This document shows, piece by piece, positions 23,971-38,329 of a stretch of DNA of 64,000 nucleotides (position 1 is its first letter; every line of letters starts with the position of its first letter). The notes below the pieces were generated by a model. It had not been told where the DNA came from. It searched no databases and worked only from the letters and a program-made list of their open reading frames with translations. This DNA is from Octopus sinensis (Eukaryota): NCBI RefSeq assembly GCF_006345805.1, contig NC_043006.1, forward strand, positions 51,832,001 through 51,896,000. Reading direction: 5' to 3'. The position numbers and the translations under genes were made by a program.

Positions 23971-25469
23971 ATACTGGAGGAGGATTGACTGAGGAGGACG
24001 TTTGCCTAAGCCATCTGCGAGTGAGAGGCAGTATCCGCTTCAAAAGACCAAAGCTTAGAAAACTCGGACATTAGGAGTGTTAAACTCATGATCGTAAGGA
24101 TGTGGATTCTATTCAGAACCCACACTTTTACGAACATGAGCTTAACACTCCTAATTACTAGACTTCGCACCTTACCGATTGGAGAAGTAGAAAATAGAAT
24201 TATATTAATATTTAAGCATTTTGGAAAAGACAAAAGCAGATAACTACTCACAAATACACATGATGTTTTAATAATAAATCATGGTAGATGTAATCTAGCA
24301 ATATTTGAGGAAACAATAAAGCAAGAAAAATAATAAATAATTAAATGCCTCTTAAAGCCGTAAAGATGCTCGGCATGTATTACAAATGTATTATGCTACT
24401 GAGTTTTGTTTCTTTCGCCCCCCCCCCGAATAAAACGTTTGGAAATCGAATAAGCCAAATTATTCCCCAGTCGGTAAATAAGCCACTCAGATCGACTCAG
24501 CTCAATGGTAGACACTCCTTACTGTAACATAGACGTTAACAATGTGTTTTTTGTTTTTCATCAAACAAGTTGAAATGTTTGCTAGTATAAAATAAATACA
24601 AGCAAATGTTTATTTGTATGAGGAAGGTAAAAAAAACAAACAAACAAAAAACTAGCCGTCATTCGCAAGCGATTGTGATTTGGTAGCATTCACCATTCTT
24701 TCGCTTTAGGTGCCTCATCTCGGGTCTCCTATCCTGAAATAGTGGAACATCGACGACGAAGAGAGAGAGAGAAAGAAGAGAGGGCTGCACCAACAGTAGA
24801 GCAGTACTCATTTCAGCTGAGTAAGACTGAGTAACGTGAAATGAAATATCTTGCTCAAAGACACAACACATCGCTCAGTGCAGAATCATGAGGCCAACGT
24901 AACGTCAATCGCAAGGGTATAGATTACAGTCGATTAGAATTGCATAGAATCCTCTGAGCCATTAAAATTTAATAGTACAGTGCAAATGAGAAAATTATTA
25001 TGATTATTAATGTTAACAAAAAACTCACCTTAAGGTCTATATTTCATTCAATTCGAAGCAGTTGCTGTTTGCTTTTCCTTCAAGTAACAACAGGCATAAT
25101 TCTATCGTTGGATTTCGTAAATTGTCGGCATCAAACTCGAAGTTCTTTTTCAGTGTTACACCTAAAGCCTTCCAAGTTTCTTGATAATATCACTCCACTT
25201 TACAACTTTTTTTGGTAATTTCAGAACAAAGAAACGAAACGAGAGAATTATTTGAATATGTTAAAGAATTGAAAGATAATAGCAAGAACAATATCAGCAT
25301 CAACGACAGAAAAACGAACTGGATGACAAAAACAAGTTTCAATGGTCAACATATTCCATTTTATTTTATATCGCAGTCCGTTGTGTGCAGGTTACTAACA
25401 AGTGAGGCAGGTTCAAAGCATCATTAACGACAAGAATGACAGGCGAATATCTCTCGCAATGCAGAAAAA

Positions 25470-25537
25470 ATATTTCAGTGAATTTCGTTTGTAAAGCGTC
25501 GATTTTGGAGCTACTATCAATGATCTGTTCATACGTG

Positions 25538-25597
<60 letters not shown>

Positions 25598-25701
25598 CAT
25601 GCATGCATGCATGTATGTATGTATGTATGTATGCATGTATGAACAGATCATTGATAATAGCTCCAAAATCGATGCTTTACCAACGAAATTCACTGAAATA
25701 T
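25470..25701. repeat. 71-bp inverted repeat with microsatellite spacer
   Basis: 25470-25540 vs 25631-25701, 4 mismatches. Confidence 0.9.
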
Positions 25702-27143
25702 GCATGCATATATATATATATATATGCATGCATGCATGTATGTATGTATGTATGTATGTATGTATGTATGTATGTATGTATACATGTATGTATGTATGTA
25801 TGTATGTGTGTGTGTGTACGTATACAACGGGCTTACGTACAGTTTCCGTATTCCAAATTTCACTCCTGAGGTAACGGTCAACACGAGAATAGAGTACGGG
25901 TTCTTTGCTCAAAATGCTGTGCAGTGAAATGGGACCAGAACCATGTGCACGCAAATGGAACTTCTTATAACAATGTCCACGAATGTACAATAATTAGCAG
26001 CCTAATCATAAAACTGAAGTTTTGACGAATAAATATGTAATATACTCATCAGTAGGAATCGAAGTTGTCAGTAGAACGCTTATAGACAGTGTGGTTTTAC
26101 GTGTTGTTTGGCAGTTCTTGATTATGACACTCGAATAAGTGTTTACTTAGACAAACTGCTCATGAAGGAGCGTTGCATCTCGTAATCGACAGAATGCAAA
26201 TACTTAATTCACACTAACTCGTTTCGTATAGCAGTAAATAAGTACAATGAGGAAGTACAATTTCAGACGGAAAAAGTACTGGTGACGAATTGCAATTGTA
26301 TTGCTGGGTCTAATATATTGTAGCTTGTGGGCCATTCACTATTTATGATGTATAGATTCTGAGATAGATTACTATGTTAGAAAACTATAGATGAATAATT
26401 TAACTAACGAACGAATGACTGAACAATACAAACTCATAAATAATTGCAGCAACTTAATGATTACGATAGCAACCAAGTAAATGATATCAATTTCATACTA
26501 CCAGGTTGTTTATACATAATCGGAAAATCTTAAATGCCCCAAATTTTGTTAATATCGTGTTTTGTTGAAATGATCGTTGAGTTAATGGTATTTCGTTTGG
26601 TCTTAGTAAACCGCCATAGAAATATATAGTGTTTATAAGTAACCAACATCAGGCTTGACAGCCTTCTCGTTCCGTATCAACCCACTATAGCAGCAAAAGC
26701 GATTCCGGCGCCAGGTGAAATTAATGGCTACAATTCAGCTATTTCTCAACATCCGGTCATTAAATCGCTCTTATAACGAATTGCTCCAAACTCAGGACAT
26801 TATTTTGTCACTAGTGAGTGCAACATTTAAAAATGAGAAAAGCCTTAGTTCCAACGACAAAACAAGAGTGTACTCAAACACCATCAATCTTGCCAGGTCA
26901 CTATTATGCCGTTCAGTTATTTGAAATTCTTTAACTCATATTTAAACTAATCCAAGACTATCCGCTTATGTTGTCCCGGTAACAGACTCTTCGGTGGTTA
27001 ACACTTGTGTTGTTCGCTACTGCAGAGTACTGAATTATATTGCTCCAAGCTTTCTTGATTCGAGAATAGTGAACAGTCATTTTTGCAAAAAGTTTCTCCC
27101 AACAGAATAACGTCTTGACAAAGAATAAGGTATCAGTATTCTA

Positions 27144-27709
27144 TCGGGTTGTCCGGAAAGTTCGTGCCGATTTTTAAAAGAAAGATAAAGGTTAATAAAT
27201 ACTTGCCATTACATTTTTAATCCACCAAATATGAACCATTTTGTTGCTCAATGCTTCTCCATATTTGCTTTTACTTGAAAATACCCTCTTCCCAGAATTG
27301 AGGTGGTTTAATGGCAAATAATTCATCAAGCTATCTTTTTACGTCATCCAAGGAATTGAAATTTTTACCATTAAGGCTATTCTGCAGAGATCTGAATAAC
27401 TGGAAATCCGAAGGAGCAATATCTGGGGAATATGGAAGGTGGGGTAACACATCCCAGCCGAGCTGCAGCAATTTTTGTCCGGTTCCCAAAGCATCAAGTG
27501 CCGAAAATGAACTTTCTTATCTTCCATTTTAAAGGGTTACAGAATTAACACAGGTTATAGGAACATAAACCTTCTTCCACGAAAAGATAGCTTAAACTGT
27601 GCTCTAAATGGAGGTGTAGTCAAATCCTATTTTATGGACTCAACCATGTTCTAAAATAAGTCGAAAGGTAAGCTACTATAAATCGGCATGAACTTTCCGG
27701 ACAACCCAA
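27144..27709 (-). mobile_element. Internally deleted mariner (mellifera-like), 566 bp
   Basis: About 30-bp TIRs (gggttgtccggaaagttc(g/a)tgccgattt), TA TSDs. N-terminus MEDKKVHFRHLMLW fused to a C-terminal PYSPDIAPSDFQLFRSLQNSLNGKNF segment. Confidence 0.9.
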
Positions 27710-29218
27710 TAATATATTCATTCAACGATAAATAAAACAAAACTAAGTACCTTATGTATATAAGCTCACGATTGATAAATGTAAATATTTTGAGCAAATT
27801 TTCATTTGGTTTTCTCCAAAGGAAGCCGATGAAAGCTTTGGATCAGTTTAATATTCACTTGTAAATGTTGAGGATGAAGTAGAGGACTGAGAAAGGCATT
27901 AAACAACCAGCTGCAGCGCAGCTGTTGAATATTGTCTCTAAGTAGAATACTTAACGTTACCTACAATTGCAATTTACGCAGTTATTGAAAATAATTACCA
28001 AATATGGAATTTTAAAAATATCTATGCCAGTGAGGAGAATGCGATAGGAAAGAGTTCAGAATATAATGTAGATGATCAGGAATAAGCTCTGATGCGATGA
28101 CGTTAAGACAAACTGACTCCTCATCTGCGTGAAAAAGAGGAAGTTAGCTATCAACTTCTAACTTCGATAACAAATCTGTATTATTGATACACACACACAT
28201 GCACACACTCAAGCAACGCACCCACCCACCCACACAAGCACCCATACCCCCCACAGACACGTGCGTGCAGACGTACGTACGTACGTATGTGTGTATATAC
28301 GTGCATTTATATGTACATGCATGTTCATATGTACGTATGAATATATATGCATGTATGTGTATGTATGTGTGAATGTGTGTGTGAGTGTGCATGTGTGTGC
28401 GTTTCTAATGAAGATTAAGGCAAACAAAATTCTATCGTCAGCGTTAATAATACAAATCATTTTAGCCGAAGATTTCTTAACAATTTTCTAATTATGTTTA
28501 CTATATATATATATAAGTCATTTAATATGGAACTTCGTACATTCAAACGGGAAAAAGCCATAACAAGAGCGATCCCAAGAGCAACAATAACATTACGAAA
28601 AGCAATTTCATTAAAACCAACAGAAACTAAAATAGGACAAATTGGTTTTCTTTGTTTGGTAAGATTTTTCAGTTATGGTAAGACAATTTTCTTCAGTATA
28701 CGAATTGTCTTTTCAAAGACAAAAGCAACGAAGGGATTATTGCGCGCAGATTAATCTATTGTTGCTAATGTACGTCAGTCTATTGAAACTTAGAGATATT
28801 ATTAATCTTGTTAATTATCCAGGTGAAATGCCTATAATTTGTTTATCTACAGGGAAGCAATAAGAAATATAATAGCTGATTAGGATACATAGCAACAATA
28901 GAAATTGAAAAAGCATCTCTTAAAAGCAATACAGTATCTAATCTGAGACTTTAGTTTGTTTTGGAATATGGAAATGTCATGCATTCATAATATTCAGGTG
29001 ATTGTCATTTAAGATATGGCATTGCCACTCAAAGTTTACCTCTATCACTCTCGTAAAGAATGAAGACCAAATATCTAAGCTGACTTCTCACTGTAGGACA
29101 GGAATAATCACTCAAAAAGCACCAATACATGATTCATAATCAATGTCTTGTCTGCCGGTAGTTTATAAACGAGTCTTCACCATATTACACAAACACAGGC
29201 ACACACACACACACACAC

Positions 29219-29265
<47 letters not shown>

Positions 29266-29399
29266 GCACACACACACACACACATAAACATACGCATTTA
29301 TGTGGGTATATATGTATGAAAAATGCGCGTGCGCGCGTGTATGTATGTATATATGTATGTATGTACGTACGTACGTATGTATTGCAGACACACACACAC

Positions 29400-29436
<37 letters not shown>

Positions 29437-30050
29437 CACAAAAATACATGAATGCGCGCGCGAGCGTGTATGTACGTAGGTACGTATGTATGTACGTATG
29501 TATGTACGTATATAACATTTGGAGCAGAAGTAGTACACGCCTAGAGACCTTCGAGAGACTTAACCAGTTCCTTGTTCAGAAGATTTTGGATGTTTCGAAA
29601 ATATGCAGAACGAGATTGTCATGTTCTTTGATCGATTAGAAGTTCACTGATCGATTAGAAGTTCACCATCAGATTAGTTGAGCAAAATGATGGAAGTGAA
29701 TCAATCTGCTGTCAGCATAGCTACCTTCTTTAAAACAACAGCGAAAAAAATTGTAAACAGTAACCTCCAGTCGCCAAAAGATGATTTTTGCCTCAATTTA
29801 TCTGTCTCAATTTTGTTTAATTTCATTCTCATCTGGCTACCTTCATTTCACTAATAGAAAATACAAAGAGAAAGAGACAGAGAAAGAAAGAAAGAGAGGG
29901 AGAGAGAGAGAGAGAGAGAGAGAAAGAAAGAAAGAATGAGAGAGAGAGAGATGAATAAACTCATGATATCTTAATCATCATTTAAAATGGAATGCTGTAA
30001 ATGGTCCCTAGATTGATAGCTCCTCAATTTCGTCAAGCATTTTAGAAAGA

Positions 30051-30450
30051 GCAGGAGTGGATGTGTGGTAAGTAGCTTGCTTACCAGCCACATGGTTCCG
30101 GGTTCAGTTCCACTGCGTGGCACGTTGGGCATGTGTCTTCTGCTATAGCCTTGGACCGACAAAGCCTTGTGAGTGGATTTGGTAGACGGAAACTGAAAGA
30201 ATCCCGTCGTATGTATGTATATGTACATGTGTGTGTGTGTGCTTGTGTGTCTGTGTTTGTCCCCCCCCCCAACATCGCTTGACAACCGATGCTGGTGTGT
30301 TTACGTCCCCGTAACTTAGCGGTTCAGCAAAAGAGCACCTATAGAATAAGTACTAGGCTTACAAAGAATAAGTCCCGGGGTCGATTTGCTCGACTAAAGG
30401 CGGTGCTCCAGCATGGCCGCAGTCAAATGACTGAAACAAATAAAAGAGAG
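30051..30450 (+). mobile_element. SINE family A
   Basis: Full-length homologue. Confidence 0.9.
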
Positions 30451-30865
30451 AGAAAAGAAAGAGAGAGCATTATGACAAGCGTCGAACTTGATACACGTGG
30501 AATGACAATGAAATAAAGCGGTATGACATCTGTAGTGAATGGCAAAAATCAGGAACTAAAAAGTTGTGGTTTCTAAACATACTTGGACGTAGTAGAAATG
30601 AAAATGGAACAGTATTTTCACTGTAGAAAACAGTAAAACATGCATGAAAAAGACTACTATATGTACTATTAACCCATTGGCAATGCTATTGCACAACCCA
30701 CTAATATCATAGTACACAAAATCACTTCATTATCATTAACTTATTCGCCATCGTATGCTACAAGCCGATTAATCTTTAATATGACAGGAAGATTTTTTGT
30801 AAGGTCCATCTACCGTGAATATCATGTCCGCTCACAGTTTCCACGTGAATAGTACGAAGCACATC

Positions 30866-30938
<73 letters not shown>

Positions 30939-30944
30939 CACACA

Positions 30945-31020
<76 letters not shown>

Positions 31021-31687
31021 CTTTCACATGTATATATATTTGTCTGTATGTATATATTAAAAATCAAAAAGAAAATGGCCTGAAGGATTTATCATGAATA
31101 AAATGACGACAGTATTGAAATTTCATCAAAATATGCGTCTTGGCAATGGACGATAAGATTGTAAAAGCCTGATAAAATGTACCTTCTTTTATTCATGATA
31201 AAGTTTTCCAAGCATTTAAAACAATATTAATATACATAGGTGCAGGTGTGACTGTGGAATTAGTGATCTTCTTTTTTAAGGGAGGGGCCGTAGAGAATTT
31301 TGTAAGGAATTTTGAAGTTCGGGAACAGGCGGTCCTGACCTGCATTGATAGCCCGGATTGGCCTCCGCTGGTGGCTGCGGAGGTCATAGAGGAAAACTAC
31401 TTCTATAGGGTAATGGATTCCTTTACTAAGGAAGAATATAATTATCTTTTTTTTTTGTGTGTGTGTGTTTTTTTTTAAAGAACAATGTTATCGGGAAGTA
31501 ACAATCGACGGGCGTTGGCTGCTTCCTCCACCAACCATCTCTTTTTTCATTCCATTATCATCATCCTTGTGTCTGTGTCCAGTCCGCACTTGCTTCTATC
31601 TATGTAACGTCTTTATGGCAAATTTGATGGAATAAAGAAGCTAGCTTCCCAGTGGGCCGCAGATGGCCAATTGGTTAAACAATGCGT

Positions 31688-31928
31688 GGCGTAGGAGTGG
31701 CTGTCTGGTAAGTAGCTTGCTTACCAACCACATGGTTCCGGGTTCAGTCCTACTGCGTGACAACTTGGGCAAGTGTCTTCTACTATAACCTCGGGCCGAC
31801 CAAAGCCTTGTGAGTGGATTAGGTAGACGGAAACTGAAAGAAGCCCGTCGTATATATGTATATATATGTATGTGTGTATATGTTTGTGTGTCTGTGTTTG
31901 TCCCCCCCCCCAACATCGCTTGACAACG
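31688..31928 (+). mobile_element. SINE family A, 3'-truncated
   Basis: Head through microsatellite to catcgcttgacaac. Confidence 0.85.
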
Positions 31929-33164
31929 GATTAAGTCTTGCTGCCTGGCCATCTGTGGGATATATAACATATGTGGGTTATATAACAAAACCAACACCAA
32001 CAACAATAACAATAACATTAACATCATAAAACTAATCAAAACTCAGATATTCTACATAATCACGACTCGGCACTGTAACACGTAGCACAACTCCCGCAAC
32101 ACATTGGAAACACAATCGTTTCTCAATAATATCATTTACATCGCATCAGAACAAAGACGAATCACTAAAGTGTTACTAGAGGTAGCAATACAGACTCTAT
32201 AACGAAATAGAACAAGCGTAGTATATCATGAAGACCATCAGACTATGCTGTACACAACTCGGCAGCAAAGTGGTGTAATTGGTTGTGTAGTAAAAAAAAT
32301 TAAGAAAAAATAGCTAAGAAAATTGACAAACTACGTAACACCAAGGCAGACTGAACTAAAGAGAGGAACATAATAGAGAAAAATAACACAAAACAATAAC
32401 CGTAGGAATAAAAATCCACGAAGGTAGAAAGACCTCACAACTGATGAAATCTACTAGTTAGCAGCATGGATATTTAATTGAAGTAACATCCCTGATGTAT
32501 CAACAAAGTGGAATGAACATGGTCCCTTGACCTGTTTAAAACAGCAGCAACCAATCTCTCTGGAATTACCCCCGGTCGTCTAAAGAACAAAAAAAAAAAA
32601 CCCCAAAACAAACAAAAAGACAAAGCGATCATATCATGTACTCCTAACTATAAACGGCAGGTTTTTTTTATTTTACAACAGGAACACCTCTTAACATAGG
32701 TCTGTTGGATTAAAATTGAACTGGAGGTAAGTAAAAACAATAACAAGCAATGGTTAATTCAATAACACCTAATAAAAATCTGTTCAACGTTTCTGGTTGA
32801 AACAACTAATAGTATTCCTGTCTATGTACTTAGGTAAGTGATGGATGCTATATATATAAATATATAAATGGATGATATATAAATTGTAATGTATGATACT
32901 TATAAGGAAAATGCATTAATATAATCAGCCGCCGATGTTACAGATCAAACACTTACCTGCCTACCTTGTACAAAGTTTTCACGTCATATTTCAATAAAGG
33001 AATAAATGAAATTCTTGAAATAACAATGTTCTTCCTAAGGAACATGACTTTCTTTTAAAGTATGGATGTGAAGGTAGTTGTACTAAAAAGAAAAAAAAAA
33101 TCATATACTTAATGAATCAATTATTGATCAATATAACTCTGGCAAAACATGCGTCAAAATAGAA

Positions 33165-33250
33165 AAAAAGCATTTGTTTATACATCGATTATTGTAAATC
33201 ATTCGATATTGTTCCTCATAGTTTTCTGCTGAAGGCAACCATGTTGTTAA
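33165..33250 (+). mobile_element. Ancient LINE reverse transcriptase fragment
   Basis: CLYIDYCKSFDIVPHSFLLK matches the D..KAFD.VPH motif. Confidence 0.55.
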
Positions 33251-33324
33251 GTAAGGGCAAAGATTCGAGAAACTCCCTTGAGATACTTTAAAAGTATGGT
33301 TGTGTACAGTCATGTTTAACATGT

Positions 33325-33750
33325 TACTCTTTTACTCTTTTACATGTTTCAGTCATGTGACTGTGGCAGTGCTAGAGCACCGCCTTTAGTCGAGCAAATC
33401 GACCCCAAGACTTATTCTTTGTAAGCCTAGTACTTATTCTATCGGTCTCTTTTGTCGAACCGCTAAGTTACGGGAACGTAAACACACCAGCATCGGTTGT
33501 CAAGCGATGTTGGGGGACAAACACACACACTCTCTGTCACTATCTCTCTCTCTCTCACACACACATATATACATATACATACATACGACGGGCTTCTTTC
33601 AGTTTCCGTCTACCAAATCCACTCACAAGGATTTGGTCGGCCCGAGGCTATAGTAGAAGACACTGCCCAAGGTGCCACGCAGTGAGACTGAACCCGGAAT
33701 CATGTGGTTGGTAATCAAGCTACTTACCACACAGCCCCTCCTACGCCTAG
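33325..33750 (-). mobile_element. SINE family A
   Basis: Full-length homologue. Confidence 0.9.
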
Positions 33751-34683
33751 GGTACATTCGAGTATGGAAAGACAATACGCTGCAGAGAAGAAATTCGAGT
33801 GAAAAATTCTCAGTATAGTCAGCTGATGAAGCATAACGACACAGAAACGTACGTCCTACGGGGTGACGTCATTCATGGCTTCCTACTGTGTTTACACACA
33901 TATCGTCTTAAAGGAGAATTTGTTCTCTCGAGAAAACTTGTGTAGCGTATTGTTTTTCCATCTCTGAAAGTACACCAGCATGTTAAATAAGACTTTACAT
34001 AAGTGTATTTCAATCAACACTGTTTTGTGCACCTTTAATTAATTTCTCTCAGCTTGACAAAGCTTTTCACACATCAGCAAATATACCATTTACTCTTCTA
34101 ATATACGAGCGACCAGAGATCATAAACAATGACTCGTTGCTGCTAAATCGTAACGACGTAGAAATGCATGTGTGTGTATCTGCTAGAACTTATGTGTGTA
34201 TGTTGTATGCGGGCTTTTATGTGCGCTCTTGCACTTCGTTGTTTTAGCGTACTAACATTTAAATTTTGTTAACTTTCTTAATTTTCCTTTTCTTGCCGTT
34301 CTAGATGAACGGTATTTTATTATAACTTTTCATATTGACGTTCTCCAGGATATTTTGTCACATGCTCAGTGCTTTCAAATCTAGCCATTAGTTGTGTAAT
34401 CATTGACGATTTGCAAAATTACGAGTAATGCCAACCCTATAACAAATCATTAAACTGTAATTCAGTATTAATTTTCCTTCTTCTTCATAAATTCAAATGT
34501 ACATACGCAAGCTCGCACGTACACACATACACACAACACACATATACGAGCACGAGCGAGCACACACACAAGCAAACACATATGCACACAAAAACGCATA
34601 CATGCACGCTCACACACATGGAATTTTTTAGAAATTTCTGTCGACCTTTTTTGGAGTAGCGTGCGTATTGTGAAAAATTACAA

Positions 34684-34945
34684 TGGTAATGGACAATGTG
34701 TCTAATTTCGGCATATTTGGCGTTAGAAAATTTTTTCGTTTGCCCTCATTTATAAGTTGTTTATAAATTTAACCTTTAAAGGTATATTTAATATGCTGGC
34801 CATTGATAAAACTTTTCGAAAAATTTTTATCAATGGCCAGCATATTAAAAAATACCTTTAAATTTATAAATAACTTATAAAACAAGGGCAAAAGAAAATA
34901 TTCTAATGTCAAATAAGCCGAAAATAGACGAATTGTCAATAACCA
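34684..34945. repeat. Fold-back palindrome, about 130-bp arms
   Basis: Arms roughly 80% complementary by eye, with a perfect central ttaatatgctggccattgataaaa segment and almost no spacer. Confidence 0.85.
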
Positions 34946-35294
34946 ATATCATTTAATATACAAATAAATTATATTGGTTATTTGTGAATAAATGCTCGAC
35001 TGAGCTAAGGTTTTGTGAGTAAATGCCTAAACGACAATCTAGAAAAGCTAGAAATCAACCAGCTGACTCGTATATTACAAATACAATCCGTGAGGGGAAC
35101 AGTAAAAATATGCAAGAATTTTCTCAGTATACTAAAAGTTAAAATGTGACATTGTTTTTGTTATCTACTTTCCAGCGATGGAGCCTTCTATCTTTGTTAG
35201 GAACCAACTTCTTCCTTACGGGAAGAATTTAAATAATGAAAAACAGAAGAGAACATACATAATACATACATACACATACACGCATACATACACA

Positions 35295-35461
<167 letters not shown>

Positions 35462-36016
35462 ATATATATATATATATGTATTCATGTATGTATATGTATG
35501 TGTATGTATGCATGCATGTATGTATGTATGTATGTGTGCATGCACATATATACAGATAAAGAGAAAGAGTGAGAGAGAAAAATTCTTAGTTTCTAGACCT
35601 ATATGTTCATGAGTGAATGTGGGAAATAGATGTTACACAATCCTACGAACACACGTATACACACTCACTCACTCACTCACCCACCCACTCACTCACTCAC
35701 TCACTCACTCACTCACTCACTCATTCACTCACTCGGTCACACACACGCGCGCACCCCCCTCACACACATAGCATGCAACCAAATTGTTTACTTGTCTGCA
35801 CTCATCAACGCAGTGATGCGAACAAGGCTGTTTGCATGAAATCGTTAGATATGGTCTTATAATCGTGTGTATCTTCGACACATACAACAGGCTTGACATA
35901 CTTTTTAATAGAGAATTTATTGATTCTTTTCTTGATTTTATATGATAAAATAAATATAATACATCTATCGGGCTATATACCTAAACAGGCAACTATCTGT
36001 ATTATGTATGTATGTG

Positions 36017-37338
36017 TCTCTTCAATTTTTTAATTGTTATATATCTTCCACTGAGGAGGGAGGCGGTTTTCAACAAATTCACATTTGGATCTCGAGAAAA
36101 GCCTTGCATATTTTTACTGTTCCACTCACAGATTGGACTTATAATGTATGAATCAGCCAGTCAATTTCTCTTTCTGAAAATCCCAGTTTATCCATATTCT
36201 CCTTTAAGCATTTACAAACTAAATCTAGTGTTTACTAAGTAAATCTAATTATTATTGGTATGAATATGAATTCATAGTCTGGATATAGAAACTGGAGGTT
36301 TCGAAGCAGTTGTCTATAGATATCCTCTTTTTCTTTGATTTTCAAAGAGATATTTATATCTGCAGGGTAGCTAACCTCTATGATGGTACATACCTTTGCC
36401 CCTCTGTCCCAAATAACAATATCCGGCGTGTTATGCTTACAGTTGACAGAAGTTATGATGGGAATATTCCACCAATATTCCTTGAGTTGGTGTTTATGAA
36501 TGTATTCCATATCAGAGGGATTTTCTAAGTTTATTACAGGATAATCTTTCTTGCGGATGGCATTGTAAATTTTTTTAGCAACAACATCGTGCCGCATAGG
36601 GAGGTAGTAACGTGACGGCATTTTAGGGCAGCTACTAATCACATGCATAATTTCTTTCACAGAAACATGACATAGCCTACACATGCGGTTGCACCTTGGG
36701 ATTTCAAGAGCGCCACTGTCTCTCTTGTTCACCAGGTATTTTGTGGTAATTTCCTGCTCCTGGATTGCAAACGGATAGCCTTCAAAGTGTGATGTGATGT
36801 AGTGTGTAGTGGTATTATGCCCAAGAGAGGTTGCACTTCGTGTCAATTCTACTGATTTCTTCAAGCTTCCGGGCAACATACCAACGCATGTATGCTGAGT
36901 GCATCCTGGTCTTCATGAGGTAAGAGAGCCCAGCCATTTTGGGGCTGTATAGAAGATCATCAGGAAGAAAGTGTTTCTTGAGGAGTCCACTGCCAGTTCA
37001 TACAATGTTGCTCACTTCACTTTTCAGGACTGCATTAATATATTTATTTTTGCTGCTGTTGTTTAGCAGGTGCTGCCTGAGTGATATCATACGGCATTCG
37101 AAGGCCGTCTGCACTGATCTCAGGCCTCTACCACCTTCATTTTTTCTTAGGTAGAGCCTGTCAACAATATTGCTTCTATGGAAGTTTCCGGTTGTTGTCA
37201 GGATTTTGCGGGTTTTGATTTCTATGGAGTGGATTTCCTCTATGGACCAATCAAGTATCCCAAATTTTGGGATCAGCACTGGTACTGCAAATGCATTGTG
37301 GGATATTGTTTTGTTGCAACAGGAGGGGTCTGACTGCC

Positions 37339-37339
<1 letters not shown>
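36017..37339 (-). mobile_element. R4/Dong-like non-LTR retrotransposon (restriction-like endonuclease), 5'-truncated, copy 1
   Basis: NAFAVPVL, RLYLRKNEGGRGL, AIQEQEITT, CRLC..HVISSC (CCHC), RHD, HNTPDIVIWD, IIEVSYPAD, KEKE..Y; track ORFs 36998-37279 and 36235-36879. Confidence 0.9.
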
Positions 37340-37381
<42 letters not shown>

Positions 37382-37454
37382 TATACATCTGATGAGGAGC
37401 CAATAAGGTTAGAAAATCGATTAAGGCTGTTTATCATCTTTTCAATATTCTTTT

Positions 37455-37673
37455 ATTATTTTATTTGTTTCAGTCATTTGACTGCAGCCATACTGGAGCA
37501 CCGCCTTCAGTCGAACAAATCAATCCAGGGACATATTCTTTGTAAGTCTAGTGCTTATTTTATCGACCCCTTTTTGCTGAACCACTAAGTTACAGGGACG
37601 CAAACACATTAGCATCGGTTGTCAAGCGATGTTGGGAGGACAAACACAGAGACAAACACGCACACACACACAC

Positions 37674-37706
<33 letters not shown>

Positions 37707-37715
37707 CATACACAC

Positions 37716-37750
<35 letters not shown>

Positions 37751-37890
37751 AAGTGGGCTTCTTTCAGTTTCCGTCTACTAAATCCACTCACAAAGCTTTG
37801 GTCGGCACGAGGCTATAGTAGAAGACACTTGTCCAAGGTGCTACGCAGCGGGACTGAACCCGGAACCATGAGGTTGGTAAGCAAGCTACT
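37455..37890 (-). mobile_element. SINE family A
   Basis: Near full-length homologue. Confidence 0.9.
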
Positions 37891-38329
37891 TTATTTCATT
37901 TTATTGGCTATGACAGCCGTACATAGAGGGAGTAGTTGCGGGATGGACAAGGACATGATGATGATGGAATGAAAGAAATGGTTGGTGGGAGAAGTAACAA
38001 CGCCCGCCGACTGTTGCATTCTCGAAGACATTGTTCTTTATTTTTCTTTTTAAAAACAAGAAAACAAAACGAGGTATTAAATCTCTTACTTCAGTTCCAA
38101 AATTAATGTAATAGTCTATTACAAATTGAGGCGCTGAGCCTCTTACAAATAATAAACATTTAGGCACTAAGGCCTCTTATCCTTCCTCCCCGACCACGAA
38201 GAGGAAGAAAAAGAAAGAGAAAAAGAAAAATACAGGAGTTGGTCAAATGACCTAAAAGTGAGTTGTTGTGGTCGTAGTAGTAGTGTTTGGTATTGTTCTA
38301 AATTCTTGTAATAGTTTCATTTGAGGTGG

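Noticed and set aside
25029-25240. Strong - strand donor AAG|gtgagt at 25029
   Set aside because: All three frames are closed shortly upstream; it could be a 5' UTR exon but this cannot be supported from sequence.
26638-26775. Protein-like frame LLVPYQPTIAAKAIPAPGEINGYNSAISQHPVIKSLL*
   Set aside because: Weak acceptor, bounded by stops, no homology recognised.
28520-28680. Open frames on both strands (MELRTFKREK... and SVGFNEIAFRNVIVALGIALVMAFSRLN)
   Set aside because: No recognisable homology and no phase-consistent partner exon.
28640-28700. CTGAAGA...GAAA on the minus strand
   Set aside because: No stem II or UH site; chance match.
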